A stretch of 64,000 nucleotides of DNA from a virus. A model generated the notes under the pieces. It searched no databases. It saw only the letters and a program-made list of their open reading frames with translations, and was not told where the DNA came from. Of this stretch, positions 1 to 8,131 are shown piece by piece (position 1 is the stretch's first letter; every line of letters begins with the position of its first letter). Made by a program: the position numbers and the translations under genes. The stretch covers positions 3,826 to 67,825 of the IMG/VR virus record IMGVR_UViG_3300042261_001653; one strand, 5' to 3'.

Positions 1-1325
1 TTCGCAGCAACCCGAATGTCGGTTTCAGTTAATTCGTAAGCTATACCGTAAAGATTAAAGGTATGGATTGCTTCTAAAATTAACGTAGCACAACGATTTG
101 ATTTTTCATTTTTAGGTAAAATACCTGTGTAGTCAAAATAACAGTCTTCTTGCATCAGCTTACCTAAATATTTAGAAACGTAATTTAACGGGTAATTTTT
201 AATATGTTCATTTTTAAAATCATAACTTAATAAATTATAAAATAAGTTAGTTAATAATGAATTACCGCAAACAGATGTAGTATAGTTATTTTTTAAAGGA
301 GCAAAATTTTTGAGGGTTACGTCAAGAACGTCTTCGTTTGGTTCAGCTTTTAATACTTCGTCAGTTAAGCTACTTGTTGGAATAAGTAATGGTCGCGGAG
401 CGTTTGATTTTACGTCAGTATCGATCTTGTCATTTTCCGCCCGTGCGGCAGCACACGAGAGATTTGAAGGACCTGCGGAGCCGTCCTCGGCGAAGCGAGG
501 TCTTTTATCTCCGTAACGGAATTCCACTTTAGTCTCCATACTAGATTTATTACTAGAATATAAACGCATCGCATCATTTGTTATAGAGTATGCATAATCT
601 GTTATAGCATTATTTTTTTTGTGACCACAGTTGCTTTGATTGGTACCTATAACATTTAGCGCAGTTCCCGTATAAATTGGTACTATATCTGCTTTATTTG
701 GTACTGCGTTTTCTTCGCTTTGTTGGCCTGCTAAGCAGTACCTTGGATCGCGTGCACTGCCTATGCGCTGAATGTATTTCCCCTCAATTAACGCACCAAT
801 TGCTCGCCATATGGTCATCTTAGCTAGGAACGGTAAATCCTGTGCTATGTACCCGGGACTAGCATAAGCTGATGTGTCTTTTTTATTTTTTAATTGTCGC
901 ATTTTAATAACCTGAACAAACCAAGCGTAAACAATAGCCACATTTTCTCCGCACTGCCCAAACTTCTTAGCTATTTCGACATCGAAATATATTTTATTTA
1001 ATAACGCTTCTTTTAATACTTCTTCGTTATTAAATGTGTAGTAACAAACGTTATGCGTATAAGGAAAATGCTTTTTAAGTAATACTCCTTTTTTTACGAG
1101 CTTGTCGACCACGGTTCTTACGTTCTTACAAAACGGCAAGGCTTCTAAAAGTTGGTCTTCGGTATGGTAAAACCACCGCTTACCTTCTTCTTCGATTCCT
1201 TGGAACGTGCGGTCCTTTGAAATGACATAGGCTAAATATTGCAATACCGCTGCTTCGCGCACCGAATACTGCATAGCCAATACCTTACTAAAGCTAATCA
1301 ATTTAACGTTATCTTGTTCTATCAT
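1..1325 (-). CDS. Phage replisome-organizer/replication-initiator-like protein with two tandem winged-helix modules; runs off the window edge
   Basis: Not in the ORF track. Hand translation from ATG at 1325: MIEQDNVKLISFSKVLAMQYSVREAAVLQYLAYVISKD...WFYHTEDQLLEALPF...YFDVEIAKKFGQCGENVAIVYAWF...; frame also open at the left edge (...AYELTETDIRVAA). The F-x-x-x-LA-x-x-Y/FG...A-x-L/V motif occurs twice. TTGACA-N16-TATGTT promoter upstream. Confidence 0.6.
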   Translation of the reverse strand, partial: MIEQDNVKLISFSKVLAMQYSVREAAVLQYLAYVISKDRTFQGIEEEGKRWFYHTEDQLLEALPFCKNVRTVVDKLVKKGVLLKKHFPYTHNVCYYTFNNEEVLKEALLNKIYFDVEIAKKFGQCGENVAIVYAWFVQVIKMRQLKNKKDTSAYASPGYIAQDLPFLAKMTIWRAIGALIEGKYIQRIGSARDPRYCLAGQQSEENAVPNKADIVPIYTGTALNVIGTNQSNCGHKKNNAITDYAYSITNDAMRLYSSNKSSMETKVEFRYGDKRPRFAEDGSAGPSNLSCAAARAENDKIDTDVKSNAPRPLLIPTSSLTDEVLKAEPNEDVLDVTLKNFAPLKNNYTTSVCGNSLLTNLFYNLLSYDFKNEHIKNYPLNYVSKYLGKLMQEDCYFDYTGILPKNEKSNRCATLILEAIHTFNLYGIAYELTETDIRVAA

Positions 1326-1332
1326 ATGGTAT

Positions 1333-1403
1333 AACATACTACTCTTTGGTATCTTGTCAAATAATACCCCGCTACTTGACAATCTTTAGGCCTAGCGTAT
1401 GTT
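1333..1403. promoter_or_regulatory. Back-to-back divergent sigma70-type promoters
   Basis: Minus: TTGACA 1360-1355, N16, TATGTT 1338-1333, ATG 7 nt later. Plus: TTGACA 1376-1381, N16, TATGTT 1398-1403, ATG 6 nt later. Confidence 0.7.
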
Positions 1404-1409
1404 AGAAGG

Positions 1410-1640
1410 ATGAAAGATATTGCAGACTTTAAGAGTTTTTGTGGCTTAACCTCCACTGGATGGAAAAAGCTAAGTCCACGTACACAGCGCGATTTAAAGG
1501 CCTTGTATGCTGACAAGGTTAATTACCGGTGTATCTGCGGAGAATATCCAAAGATTAACAACGATTGGCTGTGGACCGGTAACAGCTGGGAGCACACTCA
1601 TCAAGGCGGAATAACGATTGTGTGTGTTAAAAAAAGTTAA
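1410..1640 (+). CDS. Hypothetical protein (CxC motif)
   Basis: ORF directly downstream of a clear promoter. Confidence 0.55.
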   Translation: MKDIADFKSFCGLTSTGWKKLSPRTQRDLKALYADKVNYRCICGEYPKINNDWLWTGNSWEHTHQGGITIVCVKKS

Positions 1641-1693
1641 AATAAAGAAATATTAAAACTACTTCACCGAGTTGTCAAGCAGGTGAATACGAA

Positions 1694-2176
1694 ATGAAGC
1701 ACATTACAATCTACGCCGATGGATCAGGAAATAGCACTACAGCCACCAGTGGTTGTGGTTCTCTAATTAAATATCCAGATGGCAAAGAAAAACGGTTGCA
1801 TGACGCCTTTATCGGTGCGACCAATAACCAGATGGAATTATTCGCGGTTATCCAGGCCTTTGATTACCTTGCCAATACGGAAGAATTAAAGGATATCTGT
1901 GTGCAGGTATTTTCAGATTCAGAATACGTTGTAAAGGGTTGTACCGAATGGCTGCCCAAATGGATAGCTCGAGGCTGGAAAACCGCCAAGGGACCATTAA
2001 AGAATAAAATAATTTGGCAGACCATGAATACGTTTATTAATGCCATGGATGTTAAATTTACCTGGGTACGTGGGCATAACGGAAATAAAGGAAATGAAGA
2101 AGTAGACAAGATTGCCGGTGAAGCCCGGCTTAATTTGGAACAATGTATTTTAAAACGCGAACAAGCAGCAGCCTAA
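1694..2176 (+). CDS. rnhA: Ribonuclease HI
   Basis: IYADGS, TNNQMEL, SDSEYV, WVRGHNG..GNEEVD motifs. Confidence 0.95.
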   Translation: MKHITIYADGSGNSTTATSGCGSLIKYPDGKEKRLHDAFIGATNNQMELFAVIQAFDYLANTEELKDICVQVFSDSEYVVKGCTEWLPKWIARGWKTAKGPLKNKIIWQTMNTFINAMDVKFTWVRGHNGNKGNEEVDKIAGEARLNLEQCILKREQAAA

Positions 2177-2183
2177 TTTAAAT

Positions 2184-2744
2184 ATGGACCAAACAACATT
2201 ATTAACCGCAACCGGACAACTACGATTCGACACGTTCGAAAAAACTATAAGACTGGCTAAGAATCGTCAGCTGCAAAACATTATTGAAACTGGTACCATG
2301 CGTACCCATGTGAATTGTCAGGACGGTAGTTCGACTCTAGTATTTTCCTGGTTGGCTGACGATATAAACGGCCAGTTTATCAGCGTAGATATAAATAAGG
2401 TAAACCAAGATCTAACTGCAGATTTCCTTAAACAACGAGGAACAGGTACACGTACAACTTTGGTTAATTTGGATTCTGTTGAGTTTTTAAGTAAATATGC
2501 AGGTCGCATAGATTTACTTTATTTAGATTCTTACGACTATGTGCAATCCGACTATATGCCTTGTCAGTTACACCAATTGGCCGAATTAGGTGGTGCGTAT
2601 GGAAAGCTTACAGACAATGCGTTAATTCTAATAGATGACTGCGCTTTGCCCTTCGGTGGTAAAGCGGGTTTAAGTTCTGCCTTCTTAAAGTGTCGTGGTT
2701 GGAAATTACTACAGGCCGAATACCAGCAATTGTGGAGCCGTTAA
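2184..2744 (+). CDS. Class I SAM-dependent methyltransferase (Methyltransf_24-like)
   Basis: IIETGT, SVDI, IDLLYLDS, ILIDD motifs. Confidence 0.75.
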   Translation: MDQTTLLTATGQLRFDTFEKTIRLAKNRQLQNIIETGTMRTHVNCQDGSSTLVFSWLADDINGQFISVDINKVNQDLTADFLKQRGTGTRTTLVNLDSVEFLSKYAGRIDLLYLDSYDYVQSDYMPCQLHQLAELGGAYGKLTDNALILIDDCALPFGGKAGLSSAFLKCRGWKLLQAEYQQLWSR

Positions 2745-2751
2745 AACTACA

Positions 2752-3324
2752 ATGAAAAATAAATATTTTAGCATAAATCGGCTAAACTTTCCTTACGTGG
2801 ACCACCAGTATAACCGTACATATTTTAATGAGCGCTGTGTGGAGGTTGCGCTGGGTGCATGGTTCGTAAATCGGTGTAAAAACGATTGCGTTGAGGTTGG
2901 AGCGGTTATGCCTTATTACGGCGTAGCCTGTCCGGTTGTAATAGATATCTCTGATCCACATCCTAAAGTATTGAAAATGAATGCTTTGGATTACAGTTAT
3001 AAAGATAAGAACGTATTGTCCATTTCCACTGTTGAGCATTTTAAAACCAGTGAGTATTTAAATCGTACAGATAGCGATAGCTCTGCGTTTATGCAGAAAA
3101 TAGCAAAAGAAAGTAAAAATTATTTGATAACTTGGGGGTTAGGGTATAACTTGTTTCTGGATGCATGGCTGGAGCTTTCCAGGTTGCGCTATAACGTGTT
3201 GACGAAGGTAGCTGGCGAGAACTGGTGTGTGGCTGAAAGTAAAAGGCTGAGTCATATTTACGACTATACCAGATGCAGCGCAACGGCTATCTGTGTGGTA
3301 ACGAATTTAACTGAATTACTATAA
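2752..3324 (+). CDS. Putative methyltransferase-fold protein
   Basis: NERCVEV, VEVGAV, LSISTVEHF motifs; start moved to ATG 2752. Confidence 0.55.
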   Translation: MKNKYFSINRLNFPYVDHQYNRTYFNERCVEVALGAWFVNRCKNDCVEVGAVMPYYGVACPVVIDISDPHPKVLKMNALDYSYKDKNVLSISTVEHFKTSEYLNRTDSDSSAFMQKIAKESKNYLITWGLGYNLFLDAWLELSRLRYNVLTKVAGENWCVAESKRLSHIYDYTRCSATAICVVTNLTELL

Positions 3325-4037
3325 TGGAAGAAATTAAAGGTCAAAAAATACAAGTATTGGATTTAGGCTATGTGCGCTTGGTTGATTTCTACGGAAACGA
3401 TCAGCGCATTGTGGAAGCGGCGAGAGTTTCATACGACTCATCCTCTAAGGGAGAAGAACAGGACAAGAAATTGTTGCAGTATTTATATAAGAATTTCCAT
3501 ACCAGTCCATTTGAACAAGTCGCAATAACCTACGAGATTAAGTTGCCACTCTTTGTGCAAGCGCAATTAAAGCGCAATCGTACACAGCGACTTAACGAGC
3601 AGAGTTATCGTTATACAGAACCGGAAGAACATTTTTATATTCCCAACGAATGGCGCCGCCAAGATACCAAGAATAAACAAGGTAGCTGCGTTGAAGCCGG
3701 ATGGGATCCAATAATTGCGAATGACAAGCTAGTCTCGGTAGCCTTACAGGAGCACTGCGATAAAGCCTATGATTTATATATTGCCATGTTGGATGCTGGA
3801 ATTGCTCGTGAAATGGCTAGGATGGTATTGCCACAAAATCTATATACAAAAATCTATACCAACTGGGATTTAAATAATTTAACCAAGTTCTTTACTCTGC
3901 GCTTGGATGCACATGCGCAATTGGAAATCCAAGAATACGCCAAAGCTATGTATACTTTTGCCAAGCAATTGTTTCCGTGGACTATTGAAGCCTTTGATAA
4001 ATATAAATTGGCGCACGCAGAACAGAGTGGCAGTTGA
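3324..4037 (+). CDS. thyX: FAD-dependent thymidylate synthase
   Basis: AARVSY, HTSPFE, NEQSYRY, REMARMVLP, HAQLEI; RHR motif reads RNR. Confidence 0.93.
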   Translation: MEEIKGQKIQVLDLGYVRLVDFYGNDQRIVEAARVSYDSSSKGEEQDKKLLQYLYKNFHTSPFEQVAITYEIKLPLFVQAQLKRNRTQRLNEQSYRYTEPEEHFYIPNEWRRQDTKNKQGSCVEAGWDPIIANDKLVSVALQEHCDKAYDLYIAMLDAGIAREMARMVLPQNLYTKIYTNWDLNNLTKFFTLRLDAHAQLEIQEYAKAMYTFAKQLFPWTIEAFDKYKLAHAEQSGS

Positions 4038-4067
4038 CAGATTGTAAACCTGTGATATCTTGTATTT

Positions 4068-4292
4068 ATGAAGTTACGAGCAACGTCAATTTTATATCGG
4101 GCAATATGCGAAGGAGTGGCGGCGGGATTTAGCGCAGCCACCAATAACAAAGAAAAGGTGGAGGATACGTCTATTTTATTGGAGTTGATTGCCGCGCAAG
4201 TGTTGCGAAGTTTAAACGATGTTTTAGATTTTGAAGATGATCGGGTGGAAATGAAAGAAGATCAAAATGGAACAACTAGTGAACAGCAATAG
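4068..4292 (+). CDS. Hypothetical protein
   Basis: ORF preceded by TTGACA-N16-TATCTT-N6-ATG. Confidence 0.6.
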   Translation: MKLRATSILYRAICEGVAAGFSAATNNKEKVEDTSILLELIAAQVLRSLNDVLDFEDDRVEMKEDQNGTTSEQQ

Positions 4293-4728
4293 TGTTAGTT
4301 TACCAATGATGAATACAACTTTTCATCCTTCAAATATGTTGATTAACGAAAATAAGACTGTGGATTTAGGTCAGATTAAAATTAAATTAAACAGCTCAGT
4401 GGATGGCGGAAATAAACCAACCAATGGGGCTGTCGTAGATAAAGTAGATCAATTAGTAAACGTAGAGCGTCAAGCGGTCTATGGTTGTCCTTCTGAAGAT
4501 TTTACAAGGACGGCCAATATGATGACTGCGCTTGGCTTTCGGTTTATGTCGACCGATGGCCAGCTTAAAGATGTACAACCTGAGCATATACCCATGTTCA
4601 TGATTTTAATTAAGTTATCCAGAATCGCCAACTGTGAACATGCTTTTCATGCGGATTCCTGGCTGGATGTAAAAGGCTACGCTAAGACAGCCGAGATCGT
4701 TAATGAAAAATTGTACGCTGATCAATAA
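4267..4728 (+). CDS. DUF6378-like phage protein (nucleotide-metabolism-associated family)
   Basis: ERQAVYG.P.EDF.R.A, MILIKLSR, H.DSWLD..GYA. Confidence 0.7.
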   Translation: MEQLVNSNSVSLPMMNTTFHPSNMLINENKTVDLGQIKIKLNSSVDGGNKPTNGAVVDKVDQLVNVERQAVYGCPSEDFTRTANMMTALGFRFMSTDGQLKDVQPEHIPMFMILIKLSRIANCEHAFHADSWLDVKGYAKTAEIVNEKLYADQ

Positions 4729-4776
4729 ACAAGAAAGTCGAAGCTTTACGTCGGCGCCTACTGGCAATAGTAAGTC

Positions 4777-5007
4777 ATGACTAATTTTATGTCTAAACCA
4801 ATAACTGACTTTATCCGTAAGATAAAGCATGAAGCATGCGACTGCTGCGATATCCTTGAGTATTTAAAGCGCATGCCAGATACAACACCATTAAAAGACG
4901 TAGGAACACAATTTGATAAACTCGGAGACTCCTTGGAGCGCATGGGGAAAGCCTTATTGCTCGCAGCTAAACACTATGAACAACACGAAGAAAGCGGATC
5001 TGATTGA
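4777..5007 (+). CDS. Hypothetical protein
   Basis: ORF in tightly packed co-oriented run. Confidence 0.5.
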   Translation: MTNFMSKPITDFIRKIKHEACDCCDILEYLKRMPDTTPLKDVGTQFDKLGDSLERMGKALLLAAKHYEQHEESGSD

Positions 5008-5266
5008 TGCCCTCCAGGCTGAATTAAATGCCATTGAATATACACCGATCAGTTCTAAATCATTAGCCAACTTTGGATGTAAATTTACTGGGGAAAAAAT
5101 AGAAATAAGAACAAGTAACGACGAATTTGTAATTTATGAACTACAAGCAGAAGATGAAATACCTAGGCGAGTGCTGGCCTTCTGCTACATCTCATCAAAA
5201 TTAAACAAGGCTGGCTTTATATTAGCCAATCCATTCGAGAAGTATAAAAGACTCGCTGCGTATTAA
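4976..5266 (+). CDS. Hypothetical protein
   Basis: ATG 4976 (MNNTKKAD...) preferred over the TTG start. Confidence 0.5.
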   Translation: MNNTKKADLIDALQAELNAIEYTPISSKSLANFGCKFTGEKIEIRTSNDEFVIYELQAEDEIPRRVLAFCYISSKLNKAGFILANPFEKYKRLAAY

Positions 5267-5286
5267 TTAATAGTTTAACTTGTTGG

Positions 5287-5315
5287 TGCCCTTGGTGGTT
5301 TATCTGCCAAGGGCA
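5287..5315. terminator. Hairpin between convergent genes
   Basis: TGCCCTTGGTGG-TTTAT-CTGCCAAGGGCA inverted repeat. Confidence 0.5.
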
Positions 5316-5361
5316 TAATGTTTAGTAAGCCTCTAGCTGACAATAATAAATTAAGCGCCGT

Positions 5362-5637
5362 TTAAAGTATATTCTTCAGCCTATCATAAATACTTTTACC
5401 GCCAGTAGCTAAGGCGGTTATCGGATTATTTATGTTATGCTTAAATGCTTCCCAATTGCTTGTGCCGATATTCGCTTTATCACTATCCTTAACAGTTTTA
5501 GCCCAAGCGTCAGACCAGGTATTGCCACGATTGCTAATGTTTTTAGCTTCCAGTAGCAAGCCCGGTAATAAGCCTAGCGGACTCTTGATTGCCTTACCCA
5601 AAGTGCCTGCACTTGGTTTTACTTTAGCTAATAATTT
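5362..5637 (-). pseudogene. Small gene separated from its likely ATG (6197) by an IS200/IS605 insertion
   Basis: Frame KLLAKVKPSAGTLGKAIKSPLGLL... is open right up to the IS right end; an ATG lies at the opposite IS junction. Confidence 0.5.
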
Positions 5638-6192
5638 TTGATACTCCCAGAATTAATTCTGGGATTCTGGTTATTTTGCATAAATACTAATTTTGCACTT
5701 TCTCATAATGCTTTAGGATAAAGTGCCTCAAGAATATGCGTAAGAGAATTGGTAAGCTTGAATTTGACTGTGGCAGCCATTGTATTTACCATTTGACCGT
5801 CCACGTCGTTTTTTTTGTATTAAATTTCGCAAGCATATGCTCACCTTAGAAAAGCGAGACTTTCTATATACTACATTACGAGAACTTGCAAAATCGGTCA
5901 ACTGCGAAATTTTAGAAATAAATGGAGAAGAAGACCATGTGCATTTCTTATTAAAACATCCACCAACAACCGCGTTATCTGAAATAGTTGGAAAGCTTAA
6001 GAGTAAAAGCTCAAAAGCTTTATTAGACAAATTTGGCTCTTTCTTATACGGCAAGTTGAATCGCACTGTTTGGAGCAGTGGATTCTTTTTATGTTCCGTT
6101 GGTGGAGCCATGATTGATATATTAAAACAATATATTTCTAACCAAGGTTCTTAACCCACCGTAAACGGAGGGATTGCAGAACCTGCTGTTTG
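5638..6192 (-). mobile_element. IS200/IS605-family element lacking tnpB
   Basis: Minus strand LE: TGAA|CAAACAGCAGGTTCTG-CAAT-CCCTCCGTTTACGGTGGG hairpin; RE: GAAT-CCCAGAATTAATTCTGGG-AGTA-TCAA. Guide/cleavage pairs CAAT/TGAA and GAAT/TCAA follow the IS608 pairing rule. Confidence 0.8.
5736..6154 (+). pseudogene. tnpA: Y1 (HUH) transposase with a frameshift in a T8 run (5809-5816)
   Basis: MRKRIGKLEFDCGSHCIYHLTVHVVF in one frame joins CIKFRK...EEDHVHFL...KSKSS...WSSGFFLCSVG...YISNQ in another. Confidence 0.85.
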
Positions 6193-6193
6193 T

Positions 6194-6391
6194 TCATGCC
6201 GTTGGTACTTTTGGTTTTCCTAAATCGTGACCAGTTAACAGCATGGGTGCTGTGGTATTGTAATTTGGACTTATTTCACCGACAGTTACCGGCTTATTTT
6301 TTCCAGGATGTGAAGGCGCAACAAGGTTGGTGCCTTGCATCACATCAGCTATTTTTTCTGCGCAACCTCTTAAAAATGCTTCTTTGTTCAT
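6194..6391 (-). CDS. Small MNKEAF-family protein (putative virion core)
   Basis: MNKEAFLRGCAEKIAD N-terminus shared with 6409-6642 and 22168-22686. Confidence 0.7.
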   Translation of the reverse strand: MNKEAFLRGCAEKIADVMQGTNLVAPSHPGKNKPVTVGEISPNYNTTAPMLLTGHDLGKPKVPTA

Positions 6392-6408
6392 TTAAAGTAA
6401 TCTTGTAT

Positions 6409-6642
6409 TTAACGGGTAATTTGTAATTGGGCTTGCGGCTTTGGTTTAATTTGTGGACTGATATTAAACATATTCTTTAACTTATCCATCGGGGGCACTT
6501 TAGAAAAAGCGCCGGTTGGCGTTGGCTTGGTAAAAATAGTTTTAAGCACACCGCTCATAGGATTGTTGCCTAGCTGTTTTAACCAGCCAAGCATATCCGA
6601 TTGCTTTTCCAAAAAGCCACGTATAAACGCTTCCTTATTCAT
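6409..6642 (-). CDS. Small MNKEAF-family protein (putative virion core)
   Basis: MNKEAFIRGFLEKQSD. Confidence 0.7.
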   Translation of the reverse strand: MNKEAFIRGFLEKQSDMLGWLKQLGNNPMSGVLKTIFTKPTPTGAFSKVPPMDKLKNMFNISPQIKPKPQAQLQITR

Positions 6643-8071
6643 AATTCTTCAATTGTTCTTGAGCCAGCAATTGTTCCACTTGTTTATTAAGCTGTTCTTT
6701 TTGCTGGGCCAGATTATAGATATACTCGTCGGTTCCACGTCTAGTTTTAGTCCCAAACAACTGAGCGAGTCGACCAGCCTTAGGTTCAGCTAAATATCTT
6801 TGCACCAATACGTTTTGTTTCTCAGGTGGTAAAGCCGCATGCGATTTATATCTAGCCGCACGACCAATTACTTGTTTTTCACGTGCTTGCTGCCAATGCG
6901 GTTCCAGCAATTGTACCAATCTAGTACCACGAAGATCGAGACCTTCGGCACCAGCACTGCTGATCAGCAACGCTTTAATCTTGTCGGCATTGTATAGCTT
7001 AACCATTTCATTGCGTAACTTGTCAGGAATGTCACCAGTAAATACACCGTGAGGAATTTTACTTTTTTCCAATAGCTGTCGGTAAGGTTCCACACCGGAA
7101 TTTAAATAGTTGGAATAAACTACGGCTTTATAACTGGGATCTTTTTTATTCTGTTCCTTAAAATAATCGAAGGCAGCTTGAGCTTTAGCTGACTCTAAAT
7201 TTTTCTTATTGGTAATGTATTCGAGATTAGAGTCAGATGCTTGACGAGGTCCAGTAAGAAAAAACCGCATACGATCTAATTCGGCCTTGTTTGCTGGTAG
7301 ATTGTATTTTATTTTCATCCTCGTGATCCAGTCAGCTTTGTGCATCAACGTGTTGTACAAATCCGTCTGCTTTTGGCCCATCGGTATTTTATGTACTTCT
7401 TCAGTAACAGCCGGATATTGCTCTTTGGACGCGGGATGGAAATCGACGTATTGATTTAATACTTTTTTAAGCTCTTCGGTATTTTTTAAGGTGGGTACTT
7501 CACCAGGTGTAAACCCTCTAAATTTTTGCCACCAAGTCAATGGGACTTGTTTAGTTCCAGTGTATTGTTTTTCAAATTCGATCTTATCCTTGGGTAATAC
7601 TTCTTTGCCAGCCGCCAGATTAATTAAATTCGCCATGTCGTGTGGATTATTAACGACTGGCGTACCTGATAAGAGTAACCGCTTCTTGGCTTGGGTTTTT
7701 GCTAATTCTTGTTGTAGTCGATTTTCCCGTGTTCGACTACGTTGCGCTTCGTCTACAACCAATAAGCCACCGGGGCTGTCATAATTACCTAGGCCTTGTC
7801 GGGCTACCAGCTCTTGGGATACTAACTTTATATCTTCTGGATGCTTACCTAGCCATTTCTGCATTTCTTTTTCGTAGTTCTTCTTGAGTGCAGCTGGAGC
7901 AACTACGGTGGTTGGCAAGCCTAGTGCTTTATATGCCGCAAGGCTGGCGAGTGATTTACCCGATCCGGTAGAATGACTAGCCACTAAACCTGGTTGGTTT
8001 TCATTCAGCAACTTATCGACCAACCGTTGCTGATGCGGCTGAAGATTAAAATCAATGTTCTGAGTTGGCAT
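6635..8071 (-). CDS. SNF2/SF2 helicase-like ATPase
   Basis: GSGKS (I), DEAQ (II), LLLSGTP (III), GAEGLDL (V), QVIGRAAR (VI). Confidence 0.92.
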   Translation of the reverse strand: MPTQNIDFNLQPHQQRLVDKLLNENQPGLVASHSTGSGKSLASLAAYKALGLPTTVVAPAALKKNYEKEMQKWLGKHPEDIKLVSQELVARQGLGNYDSPGGLLVVDEAQRSRTRENRLQQELAKTQAKKRLLLSGTPVVNNPHDMANLINLAAGKEVLPKDKIEFEKQYTGTKQVPLTWWQKFRGFTPGEVPTLKNTEELKKVLNQYVDFHPASKEQYPAVTEEVHKIPMGQKQTDLYNTLMHKADWITRMKIKYNLPANKAELDRMRFFLTGPRQASDSNLEYITNKKNLESAKAQAAFDYFKEQNKKDPSYKAVVYSNYLNSGVEPYRQLLEKSKIPHGVFTGDIPDKLRNEMVKLYNADKIKALLISSAGAEGLDLRGTRLVQLLEPHWQQAREKQVIGRAARYKSHAALPPEKQNVLVQRYLAEPKAGRLAQLFGTKTRRGTDEYIYNLAQQKEQLNKQVEQLLAQEQLKNYE

Positions 8072-8131
8072 TTATTTTAGTTTAACCCATTACATTCTTG
8101 CTTTAAAGGGAATTGTGGTTAATCTGTGGAT

